Origin: Mobula hypostoma
Taxonomy: Eukaryota
Length of the DNA stretch: 64,000 nt
Direction of reading: 5' to 3'
NCBI RefSeq assembly: GCF_963921235.1
Contig: NC_086098.1
Location: forward strand, 1,550,001 to 1,614,000
The stretch's first letter is position 1, and each line of letters starts with the position of its first letter. Position numbers and translations under genes: made by a program. The notes beneath the pieces are model-generated. The model did not search any database. It was not told where the DNA came from and saw nothing but the letters and a program-made list of their open reading frames with translations. Shown in pieces: positions 27,758 to 40,185 of the stretch.

Positions 27758-28884
27758 CAATTAAAATATTAATTAAATACAGCATCTATGGAGATAAAAC
27801 AGTATGATTCTGAGGGAAGAGGGCCCTGAATTAATTGTCTTCTCTATGAGTAAATTTAGACATCAAGTAACCAGTAACTGTCCCTGGTGGAGTGGATCTG
27901 ATGACCGTGGCAACACTCATGAGGAACACTCTATTCATGGTCAAGGAGTCAGTATCCCACTAAGGCTGAGCCCAAGACATTAATGGAAGCGGTCCATCTC
28001 TCTCTGTGGAGCAGTGTTTAAGTTATTATATGAAAGATTTAATTTTCATGTACCTTAAGTCACAACCACGGATCATTTGTTAAAAAAGAACTTTTTTGTG
28101 AGTTAGTATGTGGACTGTTTTTTCTCTATTTCACCTAATGGGTATGTGTTTTTCTTCGATTGTTTTCCTTTCATGTCTAATTGTTTGTCTTTGCACTAGC
28201 CCTGGTTTTTCACTATGTTTTACAGATGTTTTATCTGGGATCATGGAGATTGTTTATCTTTGTTTTTATCACTTGTATTCAGTTCGGGTAATTTAATTAG
28301 GACGGTAATGTCAATGTCAAGAATTCTACGTACTGCAGGGGGCTTGTCAACCCCTCTCTGTTGGGTCGTTGTGGCTCCTTGTCGGAAGAAACTGAGACTG
28401 AGTTCTTCTGTGTATTGTCAGTGATTTCTGTTCATCAAGGTTCTGTGTAGTTTGCCTAAGCTCTTGTTAGATTTTCTAGTTAATTTATGTAATAAATCTT
28501 CAGTTTTGTTTGAATTGCTGAAGTATCCATGATTCCTGCACTTGAGTTCCCTCGTGATCCTCACACCTTCCATGATGTTCTGCATAAAGGTTTATTTTCC
28601 AAGCATTTCTGTTTGTACTTTCACAGGTGAATGTTTTAATGTATTCTACTGTGAATATCGATAACTCTTCAGGCAAAGAACATTTGAAGCTGGTGCCAGT
28701 GAACAACATGACCAGGGATGACATCCTTCAGGCATTACATAAAACTACTTCTTCCACTTCTTTTTCTTTCAAATGCGGTTCGGCTACTATGATCTACATG
28801 TTGGTGGTGGATTTTCAGCTGACTGAGCAACCCTGCACTTTGCCGTCTCTGAAGGGGCTCTGTGAGCTTCAGGTCCAGTGAAGA

Positions 28885-29877
28885 GCTTTAAAAAGTAGTA
28901 AGCTTTTTCAACAGGAGTCATTGGTTGGAGCACAGTGCAGGTGCAACAGAAGTGTTCCCATGCGGGTCTGGTGAAGGGCTTAAAAACTCAGATTCTATAA
29001 AAGGGAGGAGCTGCCTTGTGGAGCGGGCGTCATTGGAGCGGTCATTGTTGGAGAGGTCATTGTTGGAGCGGGCATCGTTGGAACGGTCATCGTTAGAGCG
29101 GGCATCATTGGAGCAGTCATCCTTGGAGCGGTCATCCTTGGAGCGGTCATCGTTGGAGCAGTCTGAGTCAGAGTGGTAAGACTTTGGCTCAACGAGGCTT
29201 TGGTGTGAACAGGTGGACATAAGGTAACTAGGTAAGCTCATTCCTTATTTCTTTTTTTCTGAATGTACTCTTGAGAGAATAGGAGGGCTTTGTGGGCAAA
29301 GCCTCTGTTCTGTACTGGATGACAGATGTGGGATTTCTGGGAGACCACCAGCCTCCCCGATGGCCACATCTGCACCAGGTGCATTGAGATGCATCTCCTT
29401 AGAGACCGTGTTAGGGAACTGGAGCTGCAGCTCGATGACCTTCAGCTTGTTAGGGAAAATGAAGTAGCGATAGACAGCAGCTACAGGGAGGTAGTCACCC
29501 CAAACCTACAGGAGACAGACGAATGGTGACTGTCAGGAAAGGGAAGGGAAAATATCAGATAATGGAGAGCACCCCTGTAGCCAATCCCCTCAACAATAAT
29601 GGCACAATTCTGAGTACTGGTGGAGGGCATGACCTATCTGGGGGAAGCAACAGCGGCCATGCCTCTGGCACTGAGTCTGGCCCTGTGGCTCAGAAGGGCA
29701 GAAAACTGAAGATGAAGGCATCAGTAATAGTGGATTCTATACTTAGGGAGACAGATAGGTGATACTATGAACACAGAAAAGGATGGTAGTTTGCCTCCCA
29801 GCTGCCAGGGTCTGCGATGTTTCTGAACATGTCCACAATATCCTGAAAAGGGAGGGTGAGCATCCAGAAGTGATGGT
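28885..29877 (+). mobile_element. CR1 LINE 5' part (5' UTR plus disrupted ORF1)
   Basis: ORFs 29326-29762 match the intact ORF1 at 30204 (HICTRC, LRDRVRELELQLDDL, ASGTESGPVAQKG), with frameshifts. Confidence 0.85.
29018..29165 (+). repeat. 15-bp minisatellite (TTGGAGCGGTCATCG-like, about 10 copies) in a CR1 5' UTR
   Basis: The tandem unit is directly visible and translates as (LERSS)n. Confidence 0.9.
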
Positions 29878-30104
29878 ACTTGCTCAATAAGCCTTGCATG
29901 GGATACCTTACCAGATGCCTTGCTGAAATCCATTTACACTACATCTACTGCTCTACCTTCATCAATGTGTTTAGTCACATCCTCAAAAAATTCAATCAGA
30001 CCATTACGGGATGATCTGCCTTTGACAAAGCCATGCTGATTATTCCTAATCATATTATGCCTCTCCAAATGTTCATAAATCCTGACTCTCAGGATCTTTT
30101 CCAT
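29878..30104 (-). mobile_element. CR1 ORF2 RT fragment (antisense)
   Basis: Encodes EKILRVRIYEHLERH..QHGFVKGRS..LIEFFEDVT..AVDVV and MDFSKA. Confidence 0.85.
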
Positions 30105-32981
30105 GGAAAGCGGCCAGTGAAGGAGTGGAGCTTTGAGGCTTTGACTCAAGAGGCTTCGACGAGAAGAGGCGGATGACAAGCTAGCTCACAGTTAGTCTTT
30201 ACAATGTCTCCTGAGACGGTGATGTGCCTCTTCTGTGAGATGTGGCAGTCTTGGGGGATCTCCCCTCTCCCACAGAGTCACATCTGCCAGAAGTGCATAC
30301 GGCTGGGCGATCTGGAAGACCGTGTAAGGAATCTGGAGCAGCAGCTGGATGACCTTCGATTCATAAGAGAGAATGAGGCAGTCATAGATGAGAGCTACAG
30401 GGGGGTAGTCACACCTAGGCTGTCGGAAGCAGGTCGTTGGGTGACAGTCAGAGGGGGGAAAGCGAAGGTGAGCAGACAGTTAGTGCAGAGCACTCCTGTA
30501 GCCATTCCCCTGAATAATAAGTTTACTGTCCTGGATACTGTTGGTGGGGACAACCGACCAGGTGTGAGCCACGGTGGCAGGGCCTCCGGCACTGAGTCTG
30601 ACCCTGTGGTGCAGAAGGGTGGGACGGAGAAGAGGAGAGCTGTCGTCATTGGAGACTCTATAGTTAGGGGAGCAGACAGGAGATTTTGTGGACGTGAGAA
30701 GGACACCCGCATGGTTTGTTGCCTCCCGGGTGCCAGGGTCCGGGATGTCTCTGACCGGGTGCACGACATCCTGGTACGGGAGGGAAAACAACCAGAAGTC
30801 GTGATACATGTTGGAACTAACGACATAGGCAGGAAGAGGGATGAGGTCCTGAAGTGTGAGTTTTGGGAACTAGGCAGAAGGCTGAAGAACAGGACCTCAA
30901 GGGTGACGTTCTCAGGATTGCTGCCAGTGCTACATGATAGTGATGGTAAGAATTGGAGGAGATGTCAGTTGAATGTGTGGTTGAGGAGTTGGTGCAGGGA
31001 GCAGGGTTTTAGATTTTTAGATCATTGGGATCTCTTCTGGGGAAGGTGGGACCTGTACAGCTTGGATGGGTTGCACCTGAACTTGAGGGGGAGCAATATC
31101 CTTGCAGGTAGGTTTGCTAGCATGGTTCGGGAGGGTTTAAACTAATTTGCAAGGGGGTTGTGACCCAGAGCGATAGAGCAGTGAAAGAAGTGCATGGAGT
31201 AAAGCCAGATCTAACATATAGAGAGGTTTTAAGGAAAGAGAAGCAGAATAAACGGTATAAAGACAGTAAGGTAGATGGGCTGAAGTGTGTGTACCTCAAT
31301 GCAAGAAGCATCAGGAACAAAGGTGATGAACTGAGAGCTTGGATACATACATGGAATTATGATGTAGTGGCCGTTATGGAGACTTGGCTGGCACCAGGGC
31401 AGGAATGGATTCTCAGTATTCCTGGATTTCAGTGCTTGAAAAGGGATAGAGAGGGCGGAAAAAAGAGGAGGAGGGGTGGCATTACTGGTCAGGGATACTA
31501 TTACAGCTACAGAAAGGGTGGGTAATGTAGCAGGATCCTCTTTTGAGTCAATAAGTCAGGAACAGGAAGGGAGCAGTTACTCTATTGGGAGTATTCTACA
31601 GGCCCCCTGGTAGCAGCAGAGATACTGAGGAGCAGGTTGGGAGGCAGATTTTGGAAAGGTGCAAAAATAACAGGGTAGTTATCATGGGTGACTTTAACTT
31701 CCCTAATATTGATTGGCACCTGATTAGTTCCAAGGGTTTAGGTGGGGCAGAGTTTGTTAAGTGTGTCCAGGACGGATTCCTGTCACAGTATGTGGACAGG
31801 CCAACTAGGGGGAATGCCATTACTAGATCTAGTACTAGATAATGAGCCGGGTCAGGTTACAGATCTCTCAGTGGGTGAGAATCTGGTGGACAGTGACCAC
31901 CATTCCCTGGCCTTTAGCATTATCATGGAGAAGGATAGAATCAGAGAGGACAGGAAAATTTTTAATTGGGGAAGGGCAAATTATGAGGCTATAAGGCTAG
32001 AACTTGCGGGTGTGAATTGGGATGATATTTTTGCAGGGAAATATACTAGGGACATGTGGTCGATGTTTAGAGATCTCTTGCAGGATGTTAGGGATAAATT
32101 TGTCCCGGTGAGGAAGATAAAGAATGGTAGGGTAAAGGAACCATGGGTGACAAGTGAGGTGGAAAATCTAGTCAGGTGGAAGAAGGCAGCATGCATGAAG
32201 TTTAGGAAGTAAGGATCAGATGGGACTATTGAGGAATATAGGGAAGCAAGAAAAGGAGCTTAAGAAGGAGCTAAGAAGAGCAAGAAGGGGCATGAGAAGG
32301 CCTTGGCGAGTAGGGTAAAGAAAAACCCCAAGGCATTCTTCAATTATGTGAAGAACAAAAGGATGACAGGAGTGAAGGTAGGACCGATTAGAGATAAAGG
32401 TAGGAAGATGTGCCTGGAGGCTGTGGAAGTGAGCGAGGTCCTCAATGAATACTTCTCTTCAGTATTCACCAATGAGAGGGAACTTGATGATGGTGAGGAC
32501 AATATGAGTGAGGTTGATGTTCTGGAGCATGTTGATATTAAGGGAGAGGAGGTGTTGGAGTTGTTAAAATACATTAGGATGGTTAAGTCCCCGGGGCCTG
32601 ATGGAATATTCCCCAGGCTGCTCCACGAGGCGAGGGAAGAGATTGCTGAGCCTCTGGCTAGGATCTTTATGTCCTCATTGTCCACGGGAATGGTACTGGA
32701 GGATTGGAGGGAGGCGAATGTTGTCCCCTTGTTCAAGCAAGGTAGTAGGGATAGTCCGGGTAATTATAGACCAGTGAGCCTTACGTCTGTGGTGGGAAAG
32801 CTGTTGGAAAAGATTCTTAGAGATAGGATCTATGGACATCTAGAGAATCATGGTCTGATCAGGGACAGTCAGCATGGCTTTGTGAAGGGTAGATCGTGTC
32901 TAGCAAGCCTGATAGAGTTCTATAAGGAGGTGACCAGGCATATAGATGAGGGTAGTGCAGTGGGTGTGATCTACATGGACT
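30105..32981 (+). mobile_element. CR1 LINE, 3'-truncated: 5' UTR, intact ORF1, frameshifted ORF2 (APE endonuclease plus start of RT)
   Basis: ORF2 motifs YLNARSIRNK, ETWL, GVFYRPP, MGDFNFPNIDW, LLDLV, SDH, KSPGPDG, NYRPVSLTS and QHGF. The sequence stops at VIYMD. Confidence 0.95.
30204..31145 (+). CDS. CR1 ORF1 protein (zinc finger, leucine zipper and SGNH/GDSL esterase domain), 313 aa, intact
   Basis: CxxC...CxxC followed by heptads LEDRVRNLEQQLDDL, then SGNH blocks VIGDS, PGA, HVGTND and DGLHL. Confidence 0.85.
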   Translation: MSPETVMCLFCEMWQSWGISPLPQSHICQKCIRLGDLEDRVRNLEQQLDDLRFIRENEAVIDESYRGVVTPRLSEAGRWVTVRGGKAKVSRQLVQSTPVAIPLNNKFTVLDTVGGDNRPGVSHGGRASGTESDPVVQKGGTEKRRAVVIGDSIVRGADRRFCGREKDTRMVCCLPGARVRDVSDRVHDILVREGKQPEVVIHVGTNDIGRKRDEVLKCEFWELGRRLKNRTSRVTFSGLLPVLHDSDGKNWRRCQLNVWLRSWCREQGFRFLDHWDLFWGRWDLYSLDGLHLNLRGSNILAGRFASMVREGLN

Positions 32982-33635
32982 TAGGAGGCAAACTACTTTT
33001 CTTTTCTGCTTCCACAGAATCACCTGTCTGACCCCCTAACTATAGAGTCCCCTATCACTGCTGCCATCCTCTTCCTTTCCCTACCCTTCTGAGCCACAGG
33101 GCCGGACTCTGTTCCTGAGGCACGGCCACTGTTGCTCTCCCCAGGCAGGCTGGCCCCACCAACAGTACTCAAACAGGAGTACTTATTGTTAAGGGGGACA
33201 GCCACTGGGGTACTCTCTAGTATCTGACTCTTGCCCTTCCCTCTCTGGACTGTTACTCACTTATCTGTCTCTCGAGGCCCCGGCGTGATTACCTGCCTAT
33301 AGCTCCTCTCTATCACCTCCTCACTTTCCCTGACCAGACGAAGGTCATCGGGCTGCAGCTTCAGTTCCCTAACCCGGTCCCTAAGGAGCTGCAACTCGAC
33401 GCACCTGGAACAGATGTGGCCTTCCGGGAGACTGGGAGACTCCCGGACTTCCCACAAGTGACACCCAGTACAGAACACCAACCTCACAGACATACTTCCT
33501 GTTTCTATTCTTAACAGGTCACCTACCTGGCCTTGGCCCGTTATCACTGAAGCCCTGTTGAACCAAAGCCCTCCTACTTTGTCTCCCTCTACTCTGCGCA
33601 TGCTCTTTAAATCTGCCTCCTTTTAAACTTTTCTG
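32982..33635 (-). mobile_element. CR1 5' UTR and ORF1 N-terminal half (antisense)
   Basis: ORFs 33257-33601 and 33020-33205 contain CTGC..HICSRC, LRDRVREL and AVIGDSIVRG. Confidence 0.9.
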
Positions 33636-33639
33636 CTGG

Positions 33640-34114
33640 AATTCTTCTGTTAAATCTGTTAGAATTCTTTGAGGAATTAACAAGCAGAGTGGACAAAGGA
33701 GAGGCAGTGTAATTCATTTACTTCAATTTTCAGGGGGCACTTGATAGAATGCGTTACATGAGGCTGCTTAACAAGATAAAATCCTGTGGTGTTACAGCAG
33801 ATATACTGGCATGGAGAGAGGACTGGCTGACAGGCAGGAGGCCGCAAGTGGGAATAAAGGGGGCCTTTTTTGATTAGCTGGTAGTAATTAGTGGTATTCC
33901 TCAGGGGTCACTATTGGGACCGTTACTTTTCACATTGTTTGTCAATGAATTAGATAACGAGATTATTGGCTTTCTGGTAAATTTTGCGGATGATACGAAG
34001 ATAGGTGGAGAAATAGGTAGTGCTGAGGAAGCAATGTGATTGACGCAGGACTTAGACAAATTATAAAATTAGGCAAACAGGTGGCAGATGGAATACAGTG
34101 TTGGGAAATGTATG
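33640..34114 (+). mobile_element. Degenerate CR1 ORF2 RT fragment, cut at its right end by a Gypsy LTR
   Basis: Encodes EFFEELTSRVDKGE, SGIPQGSLLGPLLF, FADDTKIGG and WQMEYSVGKC. Confidence 0.85.
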
Positions 34115-35497
34115 TGTAACACCCTGGAAAAAGTTTCACTGTTTATGTAATGGTCTTTCTGTAGTGGTGTTTGGGTTATGATTAGAGGTAATGGATGCTT
34201 TGGAATGTGAGCCATCCAGTCAGGGAGCAGGGTTTTCTGGTTGTGCACCTGACACCAGAATGAGCTGGGGTCTTTCTTTGGCAGGCAACGAAGAGAGAAG
34301 ATGTTGGTTAGAACCTGTCCGAGCATTCGACCCGGTAGGTGACCATGATTCGATGGAGCAAGGTGAGGAGGTCTACTGAGGATTGGTGAATATGACTTTT
34401 GGAAGAGTTGAGCTCTAACTTGTGCACATTTGACTGTTTAATTGTAATTGCTTTTGATTTCTTTTCTTTACTAACCCTTTAGTTAAATTAACATTCATAA
34501 ACAGAATTCCTTTAATCATACGCAGTGTGCATTCTGCTATTTTTTGGCACTGAATCATAACAGGGTAGCAAATTACACAGCATCCACACAAACCGGGGTT
34601 TGGAGTAGGTGAGTCATTTCAGAGTGGGTCAGAGTGTGTATTCCCTAGATTTATGCAGCCAAGGAACTGGGAGTTTCATTGTGGGGGTGTCATTCCAGGT
34701 CGATTCCGTTGGATGCTGTGCTACTTGTATTGATCCAGTGGGTTTTCTGTTTAAGCTTGTTAAGCTATTGTCTGGTGAAGTAATTACGATACGTGGTTAT
34801 GGACGCTGCAGGGGCTGAGCGGTGGTGCAAATCCACAGGATGACCAGTAATGGATGCATGTGTATCGAGTGGGGTAGACATTCGTAGCCCCAGTGAATTG
34901 TTGATTAGGACCGTTAAAAGCATTAGGAACAGTTTTGATCATGGAGCAGAGCTTTGACAAAATGAAGGGCAAAGACTTTGTTTTAGTTCCGACTAGCACT
35001 GACTTAACAGCAGTGGATCTGCATGGTACTATTGGGGTCCCGGGAGGGTTGGGGGCCTTGGGCTGTCCATACTTTTCCGGGAGGAGGGGAGAGTAGGCGA
35101 GTGTGCTGAGTCGGAAGCTGTAGCAGGGCCGGACACTTTAAAGACAAGTTTCCCACAGCCGGGGCCGGACACTTTAAAGACAAGTTGCTCTCATTTCTGC
35201 GGAGCGAGAGGAAGGAATGGTCTGATCTGGAAAGTGTAATGAGACCTCCAGAGAAGGGTGAGAATTCTGAGTTGGTACACTTGGCGAATAGATGGTCAAG
35301 TGCACCAGTAGAGGCTCCTAGGTATCGAAGGCTGAGGACCTTCTAGGGGATAACACCCACCCCCGACGGGGAAGAGGAGTATGAGACGAGTGGAGCAGAC
35401 CTCGCGGATGCTGGGTGAGTGGCAGTGCTCTGATGATGTGAAAAGACGGCGACAGCTAGAGAGTCTGCGGGGCCAGCAGCTGACATAGTGAGATCTT
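34115..35497 (+). mobile_element. Ty3/Gypsy LTR retrotransposon remnant: 5' LTR (34115-34678), PBS and decayed PNMA-like gag
   Basis: LTR termini TGTAACACCC...GGGAGTTTCA form an imperfect inverted repeat with TG..CA ends. The adjacent TGGGGGTGTCATTCCAGG resembles a tRNA-Pro PBS. 35323-35495 reads YRRLRTF*GITPTPDGEEEYET / EQTSRMLGEWQCSDDVKRRRQLESLRGP, a PNMA-family gag motif. Confidence 0.8.
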
Positions 35498-36156
35498 TAT
35501 AGGAACAGAATTAGAGCATTTTGGCCTTTCAAGTCTACTCTGCCATTCAATCGTGGCTGATCTTTTCTTTCCCTCCTTATCCCCATTCCCTGGCTTTCTC
35601 GCCATAACCTTTGATGCCATGTCCAATTAAGAACCTCTCAATCTATGCCTTAAATACACCCAACAACCTGGCCTCCACAGCTGTATGTGGTAACAAATTC
35701 ACCACCCTTTGGCTAAAGAATTTCTCCGGATCGCTGTTTTAAATGGACCCCCCTCTATCCTGAAGCTGTGCCCCATTGTCCGAGACCCTCCCACCATGGG
35801 AAATATCCTTTCCACATCTACTCTGTCGACCCCTTTCAATATTCGAAAGGTTTCAATGAAATACCCCCTCATCCTTCTACATTCCAACGAGTACAGACAC
35901 AGCCGTCAAACATTCCTCATATTTTAACCCTTTCATGCCCAGAATCACCCTTGTGAGCCTTGTATTTTGGGCCCCTTATCTCAAAAAGGATGTATTGTCA
36001 TTGCAAGAGTCCAGAGGAGGTTCACAAGGATGCTTTCAGGAATGAAGAGCTTAACATATAAGGAGCATTTGGCAGCTTTGGGCCTGTATTCACTGGAATT
36101 TAGAAGACTATGTGGGGATCTCATTGAAACCTACCAAATGTAGAAAGGACTAGATA
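35498..36156. mobile_element. Two CR1 3'-region fragments in opposite orientation (minus 35498-35960, plus 35961-36156)
   Basis: Minus reads ECRRMRG..ETFRILKGVDRVD followed by the 3' UTR hairpin. Plus reads FWAPYLKKD..RVQRRFTRM. Confidence 0.8.
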
Positions 36157-38310
36157 ATCAGAATCAGGATCAGAATAAGAATCAGAAATAGAATCAGAAA
36201 CAGAAACAGAATTAGAAACAGAAACAGAAACAGAATCAGAACCAGAATGAGAATGAGAATGAGAATCAGAAACGGAATCAGAATGAGAATCAGAAACAAA
36301 ATCAGAATCAGGCGCAGAAGCAGGATCAGAAGTCAGAGATGTTTGCGGCCCTGGGCGACTTCCTCGGGATCATCCATGAAAGTTAAATTTCCTGTTTTCA
36401 TGTCTCTTTCTTCCTTTTCAAGGTGGCTGGGATCATGTTGGAGTCTGTAATCTAGAGCTGAGCACAAACTGCGTTCTTCACAGGCAGTGGAGCTCTGATT
36501 TTCAGAACTCACCGAGCAACCTGCATTTCAGGATCTCCAGGAGGAGGGTGACATGACAATTCCGGGTGTGATCCTGTTGATGACCCCTTTCCTCATTAAC
36601 TGAAGTGTCATGGGAGACTGAAACATCAAGGCAGAGGGTACAGCTGTTGGAGGCCTCTATATTTCTCCCTCTTTCTCCCTTTCTTGTGATAGTGACTGAA
36701 AATCTGGTTCTCAGGTCAGGGGAACTGGAATAAGTGATGCTGTGGACTGTTGCATAAAAATATGAGCTGTTGGCCTCTCCTCTTGCTGAGGCAGGAGCAA
36801 TCTTTCTCTCTATCTATCCCTTGCAAATGAGAGACAGATCCTGTTGAGATGCTAATCTGTTGGGATGGACAGTTGTTTTGATGGATGCTAGCTCATGGTC
36901 TCTGGAGGGGTGTTATTGCTTGCATAGGTGGTGGAGAGTTGATGTTTTTGCTACTGCTTTTATGTGGGGGCATTGTGGTTCTAACCTTTGTTGTTCATTC
37001 TTCAGGGTTCTCTCTCTCTGCTTCATGAATGTCTGTGAAGTGTAAGGACTTCAGGTTGTAATTGCAATTAGAAAGAATCAGAGTCAGAATCAGCATCAGA
37101 AACAGACCAGAAACAGAATGAGAAACGGAAACAGAATTAGAATTGGAAACAGAAACAGAATAATAATTAGAATCACAACTGGAAACAGAAACAGAAAATA
37201 ATTAGAATCACAATTGGAATCAGGAACAGAAGCAGAATTAGAATCAGAATCAGAAACAGAATTGGAACCAGAATCAGATTCTAGAATAAGAAACAGAATC
37301 AGAATCAGAAACAGAAACAGAAACAGAATAAGAATTAGAATCAAAATTGGGAACAGAATCGGAATCAGAAACAGAAACAGAATAAGAATTAGAATAAAAA
37401 TTGGGAACAGAATCGGAATCAGAAACAGAACCAGAATCAGAGATGGAAACAGAATTAGAATTGGAAACAATTCTAATTAGAATCACAATTGGAAACAATT
37501 CTAATTAGAATGACAATTGGAATTGAAATTGGAATCAGAAACAAAAGCAGAATTAGAATCAGAATCAGAATGGCAATTGGAATCAGAAACAGAATTAGAA
37601 TTGTAATCAGAATCAAAATAAGAATCAGAAGCAGAATTAGAATGGCAATCAGAATCAGAAACATAATTAGAACCAGAATCAGAACCAAACAGAATCAGAA
37701 TCAGAAATGAAAACAGAATTAGGATAGGAGTCAGAATCAGAATCATAATCAAAATTAGAAACAAAATCAGAACCAGAGTCAGAATCAGAAACAGAAACAG
37801 TATTAGAAACAGAATCGAATTCAGAATCAGAACTGCAATCAGAATCAGAATGAGAATTAGAAACAGAAACTGAGTGTAGAACAAGAATCAGAACCAGAAA
37901 CAGAATCAAAACCAGAATCAGAAACAGAATTGGAAATGGAGACAGAAATAGATTTGGAAACAGAATAAAGAATTAGAATCATAATTGGAATCATAATCTG
38001 AATTTGAACCAGAATCACAACCAGAATTAGAATCAGAAACAGAAACAGTATCAGAAACAGAGTCAGAATCAGAAGCAGAAACAGAAACAGAATCAGAAAC
38101 AGAATCAGAATCAGAATCAGAATCAGATTCATAAATAGAAACAGAATCAGAAGCAGAAACAGAATTAGAACCAAAATCAGAATCAGAGAAAGAAACCAAT
38201 TCAGAATTAGAATCAGAATCAGAAACAGAAACAGAATCCGAATTGTAATCGGAATCAGAATTTTAATTAGAAACAGAAACTGAAATGGAATTACAACAAG
38301 TATCAGAATC

Positions 38311-39766
38311 ATAGAATCGTACAGCACATTACAAGCCCTTCGGCCCACAATGTTGTGCCGACCCTCAAACCCTGCCTCCCATATAAACCCCCACCTTAAA
38401 TTCCTCCATATACCTGTCTAGTAGTCTCTTAAACTTTACTAGTGGATCTGCCTCCACCATTGACTCAGGCAGTGCATTCCACGCACCAACCACTCTCTGA
38501 GTAAAAAACCTTCCTCTAATATCCCCCTTGAACTTCCCACCCCTTACCTTAAAGCCATGTCCTCTTGTATTGCACAGTGGTGCCCTGGGGAAGAGGCGCT
38601 GGCTATCGACTCCATCTATTCCTCTTATTATCTTGTACATCTCTATCACGTCTCCTCTCATCCTCCTCCTCTCCAAAGAGTAAAGCCCTAGCTCCCTTAA
38701 TATCTGATCATAATCCATACTCTCTAAACCAGGCAGCATCCTGGTAAATCTCCTCTGTAAATCTCCTTTCCGGTGCTTCCACATCCTTTCTATAGTGAGG
38801 CGACCAGAACTGGACACAGTACTCCAAGTGTGGCCTAACCAGAGTTTTATGGAGCTGCATCATTACATCACGACTCTTAAACTCTATCCCTCGACTTATG
38901 AAAGCTAACACCCCATAAGCTTTCTTAACTACCCTATCTACCTGTGAGACAACTTTCAGGGATCTGTGGACATGTACCCCCAGATCCCTCTGCTCCTCCA
39001 CACTACCAAGTATCCTGCCATTTACTTTGTACTCTGCCTTGGAGTTTGTCCTTCCAAAGTGTACCACCTCACGCTTCTCTGGGTTGAACTCCATCTGCCA
39101 CTTCTCAGCCCACTTCTGCATCCTATCAATGTCTCTCTGCAATTTTCGACAATCCTCTACACTATATACAACACCACCGACCTTTGTGTCATCTGCAAAC
39201 TTGCCAACCCACCCTTCTACCCCAACATCCAGGTCATTAATAAAAATCACAAAAAGTAGAGGTCCCAGAACAGATCCTTGTGGGACACCACTAGTCACAA
39301 TCCTCCAATCTGAATGTACTCCCTCCACCACCACCCTCTGCCTTCTGCAGGAAAGCCAATTCTGAATCCACCTGGCCAAACTTCCCTGGATCCCATGCCT
39401 TCTGACTTTCTGAATAAGCCTACCGTGTGGAACCTTGTCAAATGCCTTACTAAAATCCATATAGATCACATCCCTGCACTACCCTCATCTATATGCCTGG
39501 TCACCTCCTCAAAGAACTCTATCAGGCTTGTTAGACGCGATCTGCCCTTCACAAAGCCATGCTGACTGTCCCTGATCAGACCATGATTCTCTAAATGCCC
39601 ATAGATCCTATCTCTAAGAATCTTTTCCAACAGCTTTCCCACCACAGATGTAAGGCTCACTGGTCTATAATTACCCAGACTATCCTTACTACCCTTTTTG
39701 AACAAGGGGACAACATTCGCCTCCCTCCAATCCTCCGGTACTAGTCTCGTAGACAACGAGGACGTA
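38311..39766 (-). mobile_element. 5'-truncated CR1 (RT domain through 3' end), same subfamily as 30105-32981 and 58071-58458
   Basis: ORFs 39466-39756, 38708-39469 and 38365-38817 contain DFSKAFDKVPH, PQGSVLGP and FADD. The tail is GATTCTATGATTCT. Confidence 0.95.
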
Positions 39767-40185
39767 AATCAGAATCAGAAACAACCAGAGTCAGAAATAG
39801 AAACAGAATTAGAATGAGATCAGAATCAGATGGAGGAACAGAACCAGAAACAGAATCAGAATTACAATCAGAAACAGACTCAGAAGCAGATACATAAACA
39901 AAATCAGAATCATAAACTAAAACGGGATTGAAATAGGGAATGGAATCAGAATCATAAGCAGAAACAGAATCAAAGTCCGAAAAAGAATTGGAATTAAAAT
40001 TAGAAACAGAAACAGAATTAGAAATGGAATTAGAATCACAAACAGAAACAGAAACGGAATTAGAATCAGAATCAGAATCAATCAGAATCAGAATCAGCAT
40101 CAGAAATAGAAACAGAATCAGAAATCAAAGCAGAATCAGGTGGAAACAGAATCGGAACAGGAGTCCGAATCAGGATTGGAAACAG

